This document shows, one piece after another, positions 24,241-32,899 of a DNA stretch of 34,051 bases; the stretch's first letter is position 1; the number at the start of each line of letters is the position of its first letter. Under the pieces are notes generated by a model, which ran no database searches, was not told the origin of the DNA, and saw only the letters and a program-made list of their open reading frames with translations. Source of the stretch: a virus (lineage: Duplodnaviria > Caudoviricetes); the IMG/VR virus record IMGVR_UViG_3300020061_000017, positions 1 through 34,051 of that record. One strand, given 5' to 3'. The position numbers and the translations under genes were made by a program.

Positions 24241-25196
24241 TAATACAGACGGACAGGGCGCAGTACCACGGGGAGCGTTCCTTCGCGGTCCAGCTTCTTT
24301 TTGTAGACCACGTAGCGAGACTTCGCCTCAGAGACGATCGCCTGATTGCCGCCTTCGTACTGGCCGTAGTACATCACCGCCCGCCAAGCGATCATCGGGT
24401 GATAGATGGCCTTCAGCCCATCAGGCGTGTCGGTGTCATTGATGAGTGAATCAATGTTCTTGTAGTAGTAGCCGCGTATGCGATACGGCTGATCCGGAGG
24501 GGGCCAGAAGAAGATGCGAGTGCCGTCATCCGGAGTCTCGGTGACAATCTGCGGCTGCCCCAACGTCTGAGCGTTGGTGTCGAAGCGCTGAAGAAATCCC
24601 GAGTAGTCGAGATAGGGAAGGGGAACTTCGCCTTGCGGAGACGTGGCCGAAGCTACAGAAGCAATCTTGAGCGACTGCCACCAAACGTCTTGCAGGTTGG
24701 CGACGTATCCCGAGCCCATCTCCGTCTGGGAGTCGAGACGGTAGTCACCCCACTGGAGGAAGCGACAGGAGTCTTCTCCAGAAGCCTCGATGAGCATCGG
24801 CTCTGAATCAGACGGGAGCGTGCCTTCCGCGTTCTCAAACTCAATGAAGCCCTGAGCAGTGCCATCCGCCCAGAGCCCACCGTTGACGATGATGACGTTC
24901 GTGACATCAAACGTGCATCCGGAGAACTGCCCAACCAGCGTATCGCCAGCGAAGCACTCCGTCATGCCGATCTGATCAAGATCGAAGTAGAAGCGTGGAT
25001 TGACCGTGGATTGGAACCAAGCCTTCGTGAACTCGTTCTGATCGTTCTCGATCTTGATTTCGTCCCACGCATCGCGCACCCAGTCCTTGAACTTGGCAGC
25101 GAGACCAGTGAGACCTTCGAGGGTTTCTGGTTCTTCGGTCGTCTGGGATATGCCAGCTTCGGAAATTGCTTTCCGGACCAGGTCTAGGAAATTGAT
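24240..25196 (-). CDS. Head-tail adaptor (tail tubular protein A-like), 318 aa, apparent ATC start
   Basis: GAGGG SD, 7 nt, then ATC AAT TTC CTA, giving (M)NFLDLVRKAISEAGIS...WVRDAWDEI. C-terminal FWPPPDQPY..Y...DTDTP...YHPMIAWRAVMYYG. Confidence 0.82.
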   Translation of the reverse strand: MNFLDLVRKAISEAGISQTTEEPETLEGLTGLAAKFKDWVRDAWDEIKIENDQNEFTKAWFQSTVNPRFYFDLDQIGMTECFAGDTLVGQFSGCTFDVTNVIIVNGGLWADGTAQGFIEFENAEGTLPSDSEPMLIEASGEDSCRFLQWGDYRLDSQTEMGSGYVANLQDVWWQSLKIASVASATSPQGEVPLPYLDYSGFLQRFDTNAQTLGQPQIVTETPDDGTRIFFWPPPDQPYRIRGYYYKNIDSLINDTDTPDGLKAIYHPMIAWRAVMYYGQYEGGNQAIVSEAKSRYVVYKKKLDREGTLPVVLRPVRLY

Positions 25197-25228
25197 GCGT
25201 GTACCCTCAAGAGATCAGGTGTTGCTTG

Positions 25229-25888
25229 TTACGATTGGTTGACCATGTTCTGCTCGTACATGGCTTCCTTGTAGGCAGCCATTGCAGCTTTCTTCTTCAA
25301 GAACTTGACCGAGCCCGCTTTCAGATCGGCTTCCTTGGCTTTCGCAGCTTCGAGGTCAGGCGCGTGCGCGAGGATGGAGAAGTCCTCTGCGTATTCCTGC
25401 GACTCGACGAGGTTGGCACCGTTGCGGTTGTAGTCCACCTTCAACGACTCCTGATCCTGGTCGTACACCTTGCGAACCGCATCGGTGAAGCACGCCAGAT
25501 ACTTTTCGGGAATCAAAACGGGGATGCCACGACGGCCAACGAGGGCCGATCCGTTCATTGCGGCAAAGAAGACTTCCTTACTGCGCTTGCCCCATTCCTG
25601 TCCATTCTTCGGCGTGACGCGGATGATTGCGTAACCAACGGGACAATCCATTGGCTTGCCGTCTTGCATGATTGATTTGGCGACGGAGATGTCGTGGCGC
25701 TTCGCTGCTTGGATCAGCTCGATGAGCTGCTCTCGCGTTGCGTCTTCGGGAATCTTGTCTTCCGGAACTCCGAATGCAGCCGCCACTTCGGGCAGTGCTT
25801 CGGTAGGAATGCTTGCAAGAAACTCTGTCTGATCCTTGCTGTTTGCCTTGGCCTCTTCGGCCTTTACGTGTACGGTTCCTTTTGCCAT
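25229..25888 (-). CDS. Hypothetical protein between the capsid and adaptor genes
   Basis: 219-aa ORF with typical codon usage; VFFAAMNG...RGIPVLIP pattern. Confidence 0.75.
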   Translation of the reverse strand: MAKGTVHVKAEEAKANSKDQTEFLASIPTEALPEVAAAFGVPEDKIPEDATREQLIELIQAAKRHDISVAKSIMQDGKPMDCPVGYAIIRVTPKNGQEWGKRSKEVFFAAMNGSALVGRRGIPVLIPEKYLACFTDAVRKVYDQDQESLKVDYNRNGANLVESQEYAEDFSILAHAPDLEAAKAKEADLKAGSVKFLKKKAAMAAYKEAMYEQNMVNQS

Positions 25889-25926
25889 GTCTCTAAGTTT
25901 CGTCCGTGAAAAGTGTCAAAGAAGAT

Positions 25927-25952
25927 GAGAGCCCCGATAGACTGGGGCTCTC
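25927..25952 (-). terminator. Stem-loop / probable leaky terminator after the capsid genes
   Basis: GAGAGCCCC-N8-GGGGCTCTC perfect 9-bp stem with an imperfect U-tract (ATCTTCTTT) on the minus strand. Confidence 0.65.
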
Positions 25953-25966
25953 GATTACAACAGGGC

Positions 25967-26548
25967 TTAGTAGCCGCCCATATCCACCGTCTGAGTACCA
26001 GTCGGTGTAGCACGAGCAACATCGAACTCGAAACGAATCACGCGATCAACCAGCGACGCGGTGGTCTGCGTCGGAGTGGCGGCGGTCTGCGTTGCAGTGA
26101 CACGGACCGGCCCCGCGATACCGGCAGGATCGGCAAGAACCGTCGCAGCCAGAGTCGGAGAGGTGTAGCCCGCAGCACGACCGAAAGTACCGGCCGCAAC
26201 GTAGTAGTTCGGATCGGAGGTCGGCGACGTGTACGTGGTGCCGGAAGCAACGTCGAAATCGGTAGCAACACCGCTTGCGTCCGTTCCACCGTAACCCGTA
26301 CCGGGAGTCAGCTTTGCAAAGCCAACGTCCCACGTCATCGTGGTCGCATCGTCGAGGTCATCGGTGTAGACGCGAAGGCCCACAACCGGGTGGCGGGACG
26401 AGAGGTCCATGATTTCAATGACATCATTCAGGGCAATAACGGTGCCTGCCGGAATGGTGACAGTGGCAACAAAAGGAACGTGAAAGCCGTGGTTGACACA
26501 GTTGACACGATCCCGGTTCTTTACGAGATCACATTTAAAGATAGCCAT
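25967..26548 (-). CDS. Capsid decoration / minor capsid protein
   Basis: TAATG-coupled to the major capsid gene and upstream of the stem-loop; T/A-rich beta composition; DVIEI...DDLD....DVG pattern. Confidence 0.7.
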   Translation of the reverse strand: MAIFKCDLVKNRDRVNCVNHGFHVPFVATVTIPAGTVIALNDVIEIMDLSSRHPVVGLRVYTDDLDDATTMTWDVGFAKLTPGTGYGGTDASGVATDFDVASGTTYTSPTSDPNYYVAAGTFGRAAGYTSPTLAATVLADPAGIAGPVRVTATQTAATPTQTTASLVDRVIRFEFDVARATPTGTQTVDMGGY

Positions 26549-27552
26549 TACAGGGTCGCTCCGCTCTCGATGCGGGAAATCCAGTTCTGATTCAGGATCA
26601 GAGAGCAGTGGTACATCTTGTAGGACACGAAGCCGCGCTGACCCAGCGGGTCGCCCGAATCAATCGTGCCGGGATTGCGCACCTTGATCATTGCTTCGTT
26701 CATGCCCTTGAGGGGCACGGTGCCGATTGCTTCCTGACCAAAGACGATGGTCGAGTACACGTCAACGGCGGCGTTGGTGTTGCGCATACCGTTGAGCGTG
26801 GCCGAACCAGCACCGGGCAGGGGCTTGAGGAACGCCGAGATGACGAAGCGCAGACCGTCAGCCGAACCAACTTCGTTCGGTTCCGGACTACCCGACGCGT
26901 ACTTCTCCTTCCGGGTGAAACCGGGGATGTCGTACAGATCACCGCGCATATCGGTGTGGCCGATAGCAACGTAGCCTTCCGGAACGGCAGAAGTGCCATA
27001 GTCCGAAGACGGGTTGATCATCTTGGTGATGCGCTTGGCGTACTGCGCGTCAAGGAACGTCTCAACCTTACGAATCAGGCTCAGGTTGATCGGCGCGTTA
27101 ACGTCGGTACGGACAGTCGGAGTAGCGGCCGTCGAAGCGTAGAAGACGGACGTACCAGCGCGGAAGTTGCCCCAGTTGATCAGCTCACGAGTCTGGCCGG
27201 CCTTTTCGCCGAGCAGTTCGGTCTGTTCTGCAAGCACCGGGTCTTCGTGCGTATCAGCAATAACATCACTGATCTGCACCCAGTCGCCGTACTGCTTCAT
27301 CGTTGCACGGACATCCTCAAACTGAATGCCGAGCGGGGTGGGGGTTACGCCTTCCTGAAGCGGAACGTCGGTAACGTCGAATGGAATCGAGCGACGGAAG
27401 ACGATCGTCAGGGTCTTGTTTTTCGGGAGTGGCTTGACGGTTGCGTACCGTTCCAGAACCAATTGCGGGAGCGCATGGCTAAGGAACTTCTCGTCTGCAA
27501 AGACGTTCGTACGCGAACCAATACCACCATAGGTATTGACTAGCTGAGTCAT
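26548..27552 (-). CDS. Major capsid protein, N4-gp56 family (HK97 fold)
   Basis: KPLPKNKTLTIVFRR, LQEGVTP, KQYGDWVQISD..DTHEDP, EVGS..G.RF, DVY..IVFG.EA, DSGDPLGQRG..YK. Confidence 0.93.
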   Translation of the reverse strand: MTQLVNTYGGIGSRTNVFADEKFLSHALPQLVLERYATVKPLPKNKTLTIVFRRSIPFDVTDVPLQEGVTPTPLGIQFEDVRATMKQYGDWVQISDVIADTHEDPVLAEQTELLGEKAGQTRELINWGNFRAGTSVFYASTAATPTVRTDVNAPINLSLIRKVETFLDAQYAKRITKMINPSSDYGTSAVPEGYVAIGHTDMRGDLYDIPGFTRKEKYASGSPEPNEVGSADGLRFVISAFLKPLPGAGSATLNGMRNTNAAVDVYSTIVFGQEAIGTVPLKGMNEAMIKVRNPGTIDSGDPLGQRGFVSYKMYHCSLILNQNWISRIESGATL

Positions 27553-27607
27553 GGTTGTTGTTACTTGTCTCTAGTTGTGGGATGTCGCGTTGCTGCGTAG
27601 CGTGTCG

Positions 27608-28720
27608 CTATCGAGCGTTGCTGAAGATTGTCGGGTCTCCCCTCTGAAGAGCCTCACGGGCTGCGCGTCGCAGTCGCTCCACTGCCTTCTCATCACCCGG
27701 ATCAAACGGGGTGTTGACGGCAAGGGGAGTCGAGCTGGACTTCGGAACCGAGGTCTTCTTTAGGTCTTGCTCTCGTTTGTTCTTGATCGCATCGGCTTGA
27801 GGGTTGGGGGCTTTTGCAGCCGCGTCCTCTGTCTTGATGAAGCCTTTGCTTTTACCCCACTGCTCGTACTGTCTGATCGCCCAGAGTGCATCGTCTGGAC
27901 TCTCTACATTGAGAATGGCTTTCTGTACGGCGGGGGGCTGATCGGTGATGAAGTGGGCGTAGCCGTCAGAGAAGATGGGTTGCTTCTTCTCGTTGACCTG
28001 TATCTCGCCCTTATCGTCAACCTTGTAGACGACCTCTCGCCAGTTACCGAACTCTGAATCCAGCTTTTCAACAAACTCACGCTGGTATTCTTCTGCTCGA
28101 TGCTGTTCTTCGAGTTTGGTGTATCCGTCTAGTTTGGCGTCACGAGCCTTCAGTTCCTCTTCCCACTCTTTACGTTGCAGGGCGCGGAACTCATCGAGAG
28201 CTTCTAGGTAAGCCGGATCATTCTCAGCCAGCTCCTTTAGACGCGGAGTAGTGGCGGATTCCTTTAACGGCTTGGGTGCTTCCTTGGTCTGAAGGCCGGC
28301 GAGCTTGGCTTCGAGTTCCAGTCGCTTGGTGCGTTCTTCCGAGGCTTGACGTTGGAAAGCTGACAATCGACCACGAGACGATGACTCTTTGTGCTGGAGG
28401 TCTTTCGCTTCCTTTTCCCGAGCAGCCAGGATTTCCTGAATCTTGACTCGGGTTTCCTCTGGCAATCCGGCGAGAGGGTCGGCTTCTTCTACTACTTCTG
28501 TTTCTTTAGCGGGGGCTTCGCCTTCGGCTGTTCCCGGCTGTTTCTCGACTACGACTTCCGCCGCAGTTTCAATCTCTTCCTCCGCCTTCTCAGGGGGAGC
28601 TTCTACTTCGATGGGAGCGGGGTCTTCACCTTTGAGGTACTGCTTGGCAAAGTTCCGCGCTTCTCTTGTCTCTTCGTCGGTCAATCCGTAACCGTTAACT
28701 TCTGCTGCTTCCGTGCTCAA
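27608..28720 (-). CDS. Capsid scaffolding protein
   Basis: Acidic, coiled-coil rich and directly upstream of the major capsid gene; AGGA SD with TTG start. Confidence 0.8.
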   Translation of the reverse strand: MSTEAAEVNGYGLTDEETREARNFAKQYLKGEDPAPIEVEAPPEKAEEEIETAAEVVVEKQPGTAEGEAPAKETEVVEEADPLAGLPEETRVKIQEILAAREKEAKDLQHKESSSRGRLSAFQRQASEERTKRLELEAKLAGLQTKEAPKPLKESATTPRLKELAENDPAYLEALDEFRALQRKEWEEELKARDAKLDGYTKLEEQHRAEEYQREFVEKLDSEFGNWREVVYKVDDKGEIQVNEKKQPIFSDGYAHFITDQPPAVQKAILNVESPDDALWAIRQYEQWGKSKGFIKTEDAAAKAPNPQADAIKNKREQDLKKTSVPKSSSTPLAVNTPFDPGDEKAVERLRRAAREALQRGDPTIFSNAR

Positions 28721-28723
28721 GTG

Positions 28724-28927
28724 TTAATCCTGTTGTAGGTTGGTTTTATCAGGGAGCTTCCTTATGCGCTCCAGAATGTCGATCTGCCCTCTGGCAAACC
28801 ACGTTGCTGTCAAATCGTTGTGTGCGTTGCCACGATCGCCGGCCCTCAGAGCTTTGTGAGCGGCCGTGGTCAGCTTGTCCAGTTCGGCCGTAATCTCCAG
28901 CCAGTCTTTGCCGAGAGAGTCGATCAA
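28724..28927 (-). CDS. Small conserved-type protein downstream of the portal
   Basis: W........T..RGQI..L..I..LP pattern; GGAG SD; TTG start overlapping the portal TGA. Confidence 0.75.
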   Translation of the reverse strand: MIDSLGKDWLEITAELDKLTTAAHKALRAGDRGNAHNDLTATWFARGQIDILERIRKLPDKTNLQQD

Positions 28928-31332
28928 ATTCCGCTCCCGGTCTTCTTGGCGAGGGCTATTTCGTCCTCAGTCGCCTTGACCTTCCGCTCTTCCAGCTCCA
29001 GCTTCTTCTGTCCCTGCTGTGCGAGGACACCGGCCGTGAACTGCTCGGAGAGCTGTGTCGAGTCGTGGATGTCCAGCTCGGCGACGAGTTTGCTGGCTTC
29101 TTGCTTGTCCTTGGCCGCGAGAGACATGATCGCGATGTTCTCTTCGGTCTTGGCCTCGATGGCACGCGCTGTCGCTTCGTTGTTGCGCGTCTGGTAGTTG
29201 GCGAGGTTGTTCTCTCGCTCAGCCTCCGCGTTCACCAAGCCCTGATGGGCGTCAAACTCCAGCTTCTTGGCGTCGTTCTGAACGTCTTGCGCGTGAGCGT
29301 TGGCGTTGATCAGGTCGGCCTGTGCTTTCAGGGAAGCCGGATCGGGGTTGTTCTTGGCAGCTTCGGCCTGCTGCATCTCAATCTGCTTGACTTCCTCTTC
29401 CGAACGGACGAGAGAGTCAAACGGGATGTTCATCGCAGAGAAGCGGGCGCGATACAGCTCATTGCCACGGATGCGCTTCTGGACCTCCGGGTTCTGCGCG
29501 TATTCGACACAGAGCCTTTCAAGGTCGCGTTGCTGTATCACCTTGTTGAGATAGGCGGTCGAGGTCTGAACGTCTACGTCGTAGTCGCCCTTGATCTCTT
29601 CCTTGGACGAATACTGCATGTTCCATTCGTAGAACCAGTTGACCACCGGACCAGTGATCTTGTCGTCCCATTGGCGCGCTTTGCTGCTTAGGACGCTTGT
29701 GCTCGCCTGCATGATCATTGCCATGCCGGTAGCGCCCGTGTCGCCCACCTGAGGGTCGCCCATGCCACCAGCGATCAGCGGCGTACCAGACTCTTCGTCT
29801 CCGAACTCTCGCGCCATGTTCATGACAGACGTGAGCATCTGGAGATTGTCGGGAACGTAGAAGAACTCGATCATTTCACCGATCGGCCGTCCCATTCCGT
29901 TCTCAGTTTTGTTCCACACCTGGCCCGGCGTAATCTCGGGCTTGCCGCTCTGAGGCTCGATGCCTTCGCGGTCGATGGCGACCTGAGGCAGAGCACAGAG
30001 ACCGGCGTTGTCCAGGACCATCTTGTACGTCATGTTCACGACACGCTGCGCGTCGCGGAGCAGGATCGCGCCGAAGCCGAACATCGAAGAGGGGTCAGGC
30101 TCCCACACGTTGAGAGCGAAGGGCAGGCAAAGCTCTGCTTCCAGCATCTCAAGGCATGCGTAGATCACACGGCCTTGGCAAACCCACACCTCGGCCTTGT
30201 ACATGTCGAACGGGTTCTCGTACGGCGGATCAATGCCGAGATCACCCAACTGCTTCATGCCGACGGTGCCGTGCCACTCAAGGCACACGTATTTGTTCTC
30301 TAGGAACTTGGTGTTGTCAAAGCGGACAGCTCTCGCTCGGAAGGCTTGGTAGTAGTCGCCAATCGGCTTCTGAGCCAGACACTCCGCGATTGCCGCCTTG
30401 TCGAAGCCATCCTGACCGGCGAGCAGCTTGAGCTGTGTCGGCGAGTAGATATGGAGGAGGGTGGCATGCTCGGCTTCCGCAATCGTAAGAGCACGATAGT
30501 CTGGGTAGAACAGCCACGGATTGCACAGCTCGAAATCGGGCCTACGCTCTTGGGAGTAGGATGTAACCCAGATCGGGGGGCCTTCTGACGGCTGCATCTG
30601 CATACGGATTTTGTTGCCCGTAGTGCAGTTGATCGGCCCCTTGTAAATCACTGAGCCGTACGTCGAGAGATCAGCAAAGCCCAGACGCATCTTCTGGCCG
30701 TAGCCGGCCGACTGCATCTGCGACCAGCACGTCTCTTCCATCTGACGCGCTTGTTCGTCGTCCTGTGCGTTCTTGAGACCAACAGCCTCGCCCATAGTCA
30801 TGGGCTGCCCGGTCTCGGGATTGACGATAGGGGTCTGTCCGTCCGCCTGGAACAGCGGAGCAGAGGAGTTCATCTGAGCCTGCATACGCGCAGGCTTCTT
30901 CGCTTTGATCGAGAAGTTCTTGTCCGTGCCGGCACCAAACTGCATCATCTCCAACTGAGACTGAGCGATGCGGAGCTTCGGCTTGACGATGTTGAACTCG
31001 GGCTTCTCGTCGTCGTCACCCGTGATGTCTGTTTTGACATCGAACGGTTTGTCGTTAGACCCCCAGCGGTTGTACAGCTTCCACATGGAGCCGAGGGTCA
31101 GGCGCTCTGCCCAATACCACTCGATCTCTTTGCGCTGGCGCTGAGCAGCATCTTCGTTGAACTTGCCCTCAATCTCTTTCGCCAAAAGCGCAAGCTGATG
31201 CTTTTTCTCTTCAGCCGCTTTCGCCTCGAACTCGGCGTCTTCCGCTTCTAGCCGCGCCAAATCCTCTGGGCTGAGGACAGCAACGAGCGCGTCTATTTCT
31301 TCGTCAGAGGGAGATGTAGCAATCGTACTCAA
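28924..31332 (-). CDS. Portal protein with C-terminal coiled-coil barrel
   Basis: 802 aa between TerL and the scaffold; PWLFYPD, FGFG...RDAQRVVN...LDNAGL..PQ, TATGMAMIM..., IKGDYDVDV. Confidence 0.9.
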   Translation of the reverse strand: MSTIATSPSDEEIDALVAVLSPEDLARLEAEDAEFEAKAAEEKKHQLALLAKEIEGKFNEDAAQRQRKEIEWYWAERLTLGSMWKLYNRWGSNDKPFDVKTDITGDDDEKPEFNIVKPKLRIAQSQLEMMQFGAGTDKNFSIKAKKPARMQAQMNSSAPLFQADGQTPIVNPETGQPMTMGEAVGLKNAQDDEQARQMEETCWSQMQSAGYGQKMRLGFADLSTYGSVIYKGPINCTTGNKIRMQMQPSEGPPIWVTSYSQERRPDFELCNPWLFYPDYRALTIAEAEHATLLHIYSPTQLKLLAGQDGFDKAAIAECLAQKPIGDYYQAFRARAVRFDNTKFLENKYVCLEWHGTVGMKQLGDLGIDPPYENPFDMYKAEVWVCQGRVIYACLEMLEAELCLPFALNVWEPDPSSMFGFGAILLRDAQRVVNMTYKMVLDNAGLCALPQVAIDREGIEPQSGKPEITPGQVWNKTENGMGRPIGEMIEFFYVPDNLQMLTSVMNMAREFGDEESGTPLIAGGMGDPQVGDTGATGMAMIMQASTSVLSSKARQWDDKITGPVVNWFYEWNMQYSSKEEIKGDYDVDVQTSTAYLNKVIQQRDLERLCVEYAQNPEVQKRIRGNELYRARFSAMNIPFDSLVRSEEEVKQIEMQQAEAAKNNPDPASLKAQADLINANAHAQDVQNDAKKLEFDAHQGLVNAEAERENNLANYQTRNNEATARAIEAKTEENIAIMSLAAKDKQEASKLVAELDIHDSTQLSEQFTAGVLAQQGQKKLELEERKVKATEDEIALAKKTGSGI

Positions 31333-31333
31333 A

Positions 31334-32091
31334 TTAGCTTCCGGCGAAGTTGTAGCGGTACTTGAACGGACTAGGAGACTTATCGGTCTGGTAAATGAGC
31401 TTGGCCTGTTTGAGACCCATCACGAGGTAGCGCATAGCGTCCATTCCGTGGTCGTTCTTTTTGACGATGAGGCCGTTGATGTCGCGCTGATACAGCTCGT
31501 ATTCGCGGTCTCGGTGCAGTGCTTGAAGACTCTCAAGCGACCTGTAGAGAGGCGGTGCCAAACGGCGTGGGTGCCTGCTTCAACCGCTTTATCCGCGGGA
31601 CGGCAATCGAGCTTTTCCTTGCGGTATTCAACGATCAGCTTTTTACCGTCGCTCTGATCGGTTCCCGCGTAGTCCGTCATGATCGGGTACTTGTCTCCTT
31701 TGCGAAGACGGATACCGGAGGCAACGACAGCGGGGGGTTGCTTGTGTGAGAAGAACTCGTCGGTTATGTAGACGATGTCGCTATCTGCGTCGTAAGCACC
31801 AGCGAGAAACGCTGTGCAGTTGAACCCTACGTCGAGACCGCCGATGCGCTTCCAGTGCGCAGGGACTTCGATGTACTTTCCTTTGGAGTCTCTGATGTAG
31901 TCGTATTCAACGTCAGATCGGACGACTTGATACACGTTGCCAGCGCCCATCGTGGGGTCGCCGTCGATCACCGCAGCGCGGAGATACTGAGGCGTCTTGT
32001 CTCTGGCTTCGTCGATCTGAGCTTTGGAAAGATGGGCGGCGTGCTTCATTCCTGCTGTGATGAGCGCTCGTCCGGTAAACAGTTCAGTCAT
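31334..32091 (-). CDS. terL: Terminase large subunit, C-terminal (lid plus RNase H-like nuclease) part, with a frame discontinuity at ~31507
   Basis: HAAHLS...G.P.MGAG.VY, RIGGLDVGF, LSTGRLRVFKHC in one frame; REYELYQRD.NG.IVKKNDHGMDAMRY in another frame. Confidence 0.88.
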
Positions 32092-32899
32092 CTTGCGGCG
32101 TCAAATCGACTGCGGTCTCGGAGAAGCTACGGACCAGCGGTGTCCAACCAAGGAGCGGAGTGAACGTGATGAGAAGTGATCCGTTGGTGGTCAGAAGACG
32201 CATGTACATTTGGTTCCAGATGAGCTGCGCATCCTTGCCGCTCGGTTCTTCGTCCATCCATCCGAAGTCCGGGTCATCGCCGTAGAACGACTCAGCGCCG
32301 GATTGATACGTCTTGAATTTGACTCGTGAGACTTTCTTCGTCGGCGTGTGGCGTATGTAGATCGTGTCTACCGTGCCGCCCGTGTTCGGCCTCACTACGA
32401 TGTCGAGAATGTTCTCTTTCGGGATCAGCCCAGTTCCGTACGGTTGCCCCAGCAATTTCTCTTGGAGGATCGTCCGTACGGTGTCGTTGGTGTCGCCACA
32501 CACCCATCCCTTCGTAGGCTTGTCGAACACGCGGCCTTTCCACCACTCGGGGTAGCGGCCCGTTGTCCAGCACGTTGAGGCGTAAGCGCCTGCAACTGAT
32601 TTGCCGACCCGATTCGCGGCGCGAAACAGCACTTCTTTGTGGGTGGCAGTGGCGTCGAAGAACGCCTTGTGGTGCGAGTAGTTCTCTATGGAGAGTGGGC
32701 CGGGCTGGAATATCTTGTAGAGATGCCCGCCAGTCTCTTGCAGCTTGTCACAGTGCTCGATGAGAGCCGCTGCATACATCAAATCTTTTGGGTTAGTGGT
32801 GAGCGTCTTCGACTGCTTGGATTCGAGCTTCCTGAGCAGTCGAGCTACCTTTCCTTGGTCCTCGACGCTGACCTTACGGTCCTTGTTGGTTTGAAGCAT
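32084..32899 (-). CDS. terL: Terminase large subunit, N-terminal ATPase part (P22 gp2/PaP3-like)
   Basis: Walker A AANRVGKS, TGRYPEWWKG, Walker B FGWMDEEP, coupling motif ITFTP. Confidence 0.92.
   Translation of the reverse strand: MLQTNKDRKVSVEDQGKVARLLRKLESKQSKTLTTNPKDLMYAAALIEHCDKLQETGGHLYKIFQPGPLSIENYSHHKAFFDATATHKEVLFRAANRVGKSVAGAYASTCWTTGRYPEWWKGRVFDKPTKGWVCGDTNDTVRTILQEKLLGQPYGTGLIPKENILDIVVRPNTGGTVDTIYIRHTPTKKVSRVKFKTYQSGAESFYGDDPDFGWMDEEPSGKDAQLIWNQMYMRLLTTNGSLLITFTPLLGWTPLVRSFSETAVDLTPQDD

Noticed and set aside
25890-25919. TTGACA -35 element on the minus strand upstream of the 219-aa gene
   Set aside because: No convincing -10 at 16-18 nt spacing, and too little room before the ATG.
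26608-27543. Long antisense ORFs (e.g. 26608-27543, 15779-16585, 25913-26590, 29065-29691)
   Set aside because: Shadow ORFs opposite well-supported genes, expected from GC-rich codon bias; no motifs or SD.
27597-27610. Small inverted repeat TAGCG-tgt-CGCTA between the scaffold and capsid genes
   Set aside because: Only a 5-bp stem with no U-tract; not distinguishable from chance.
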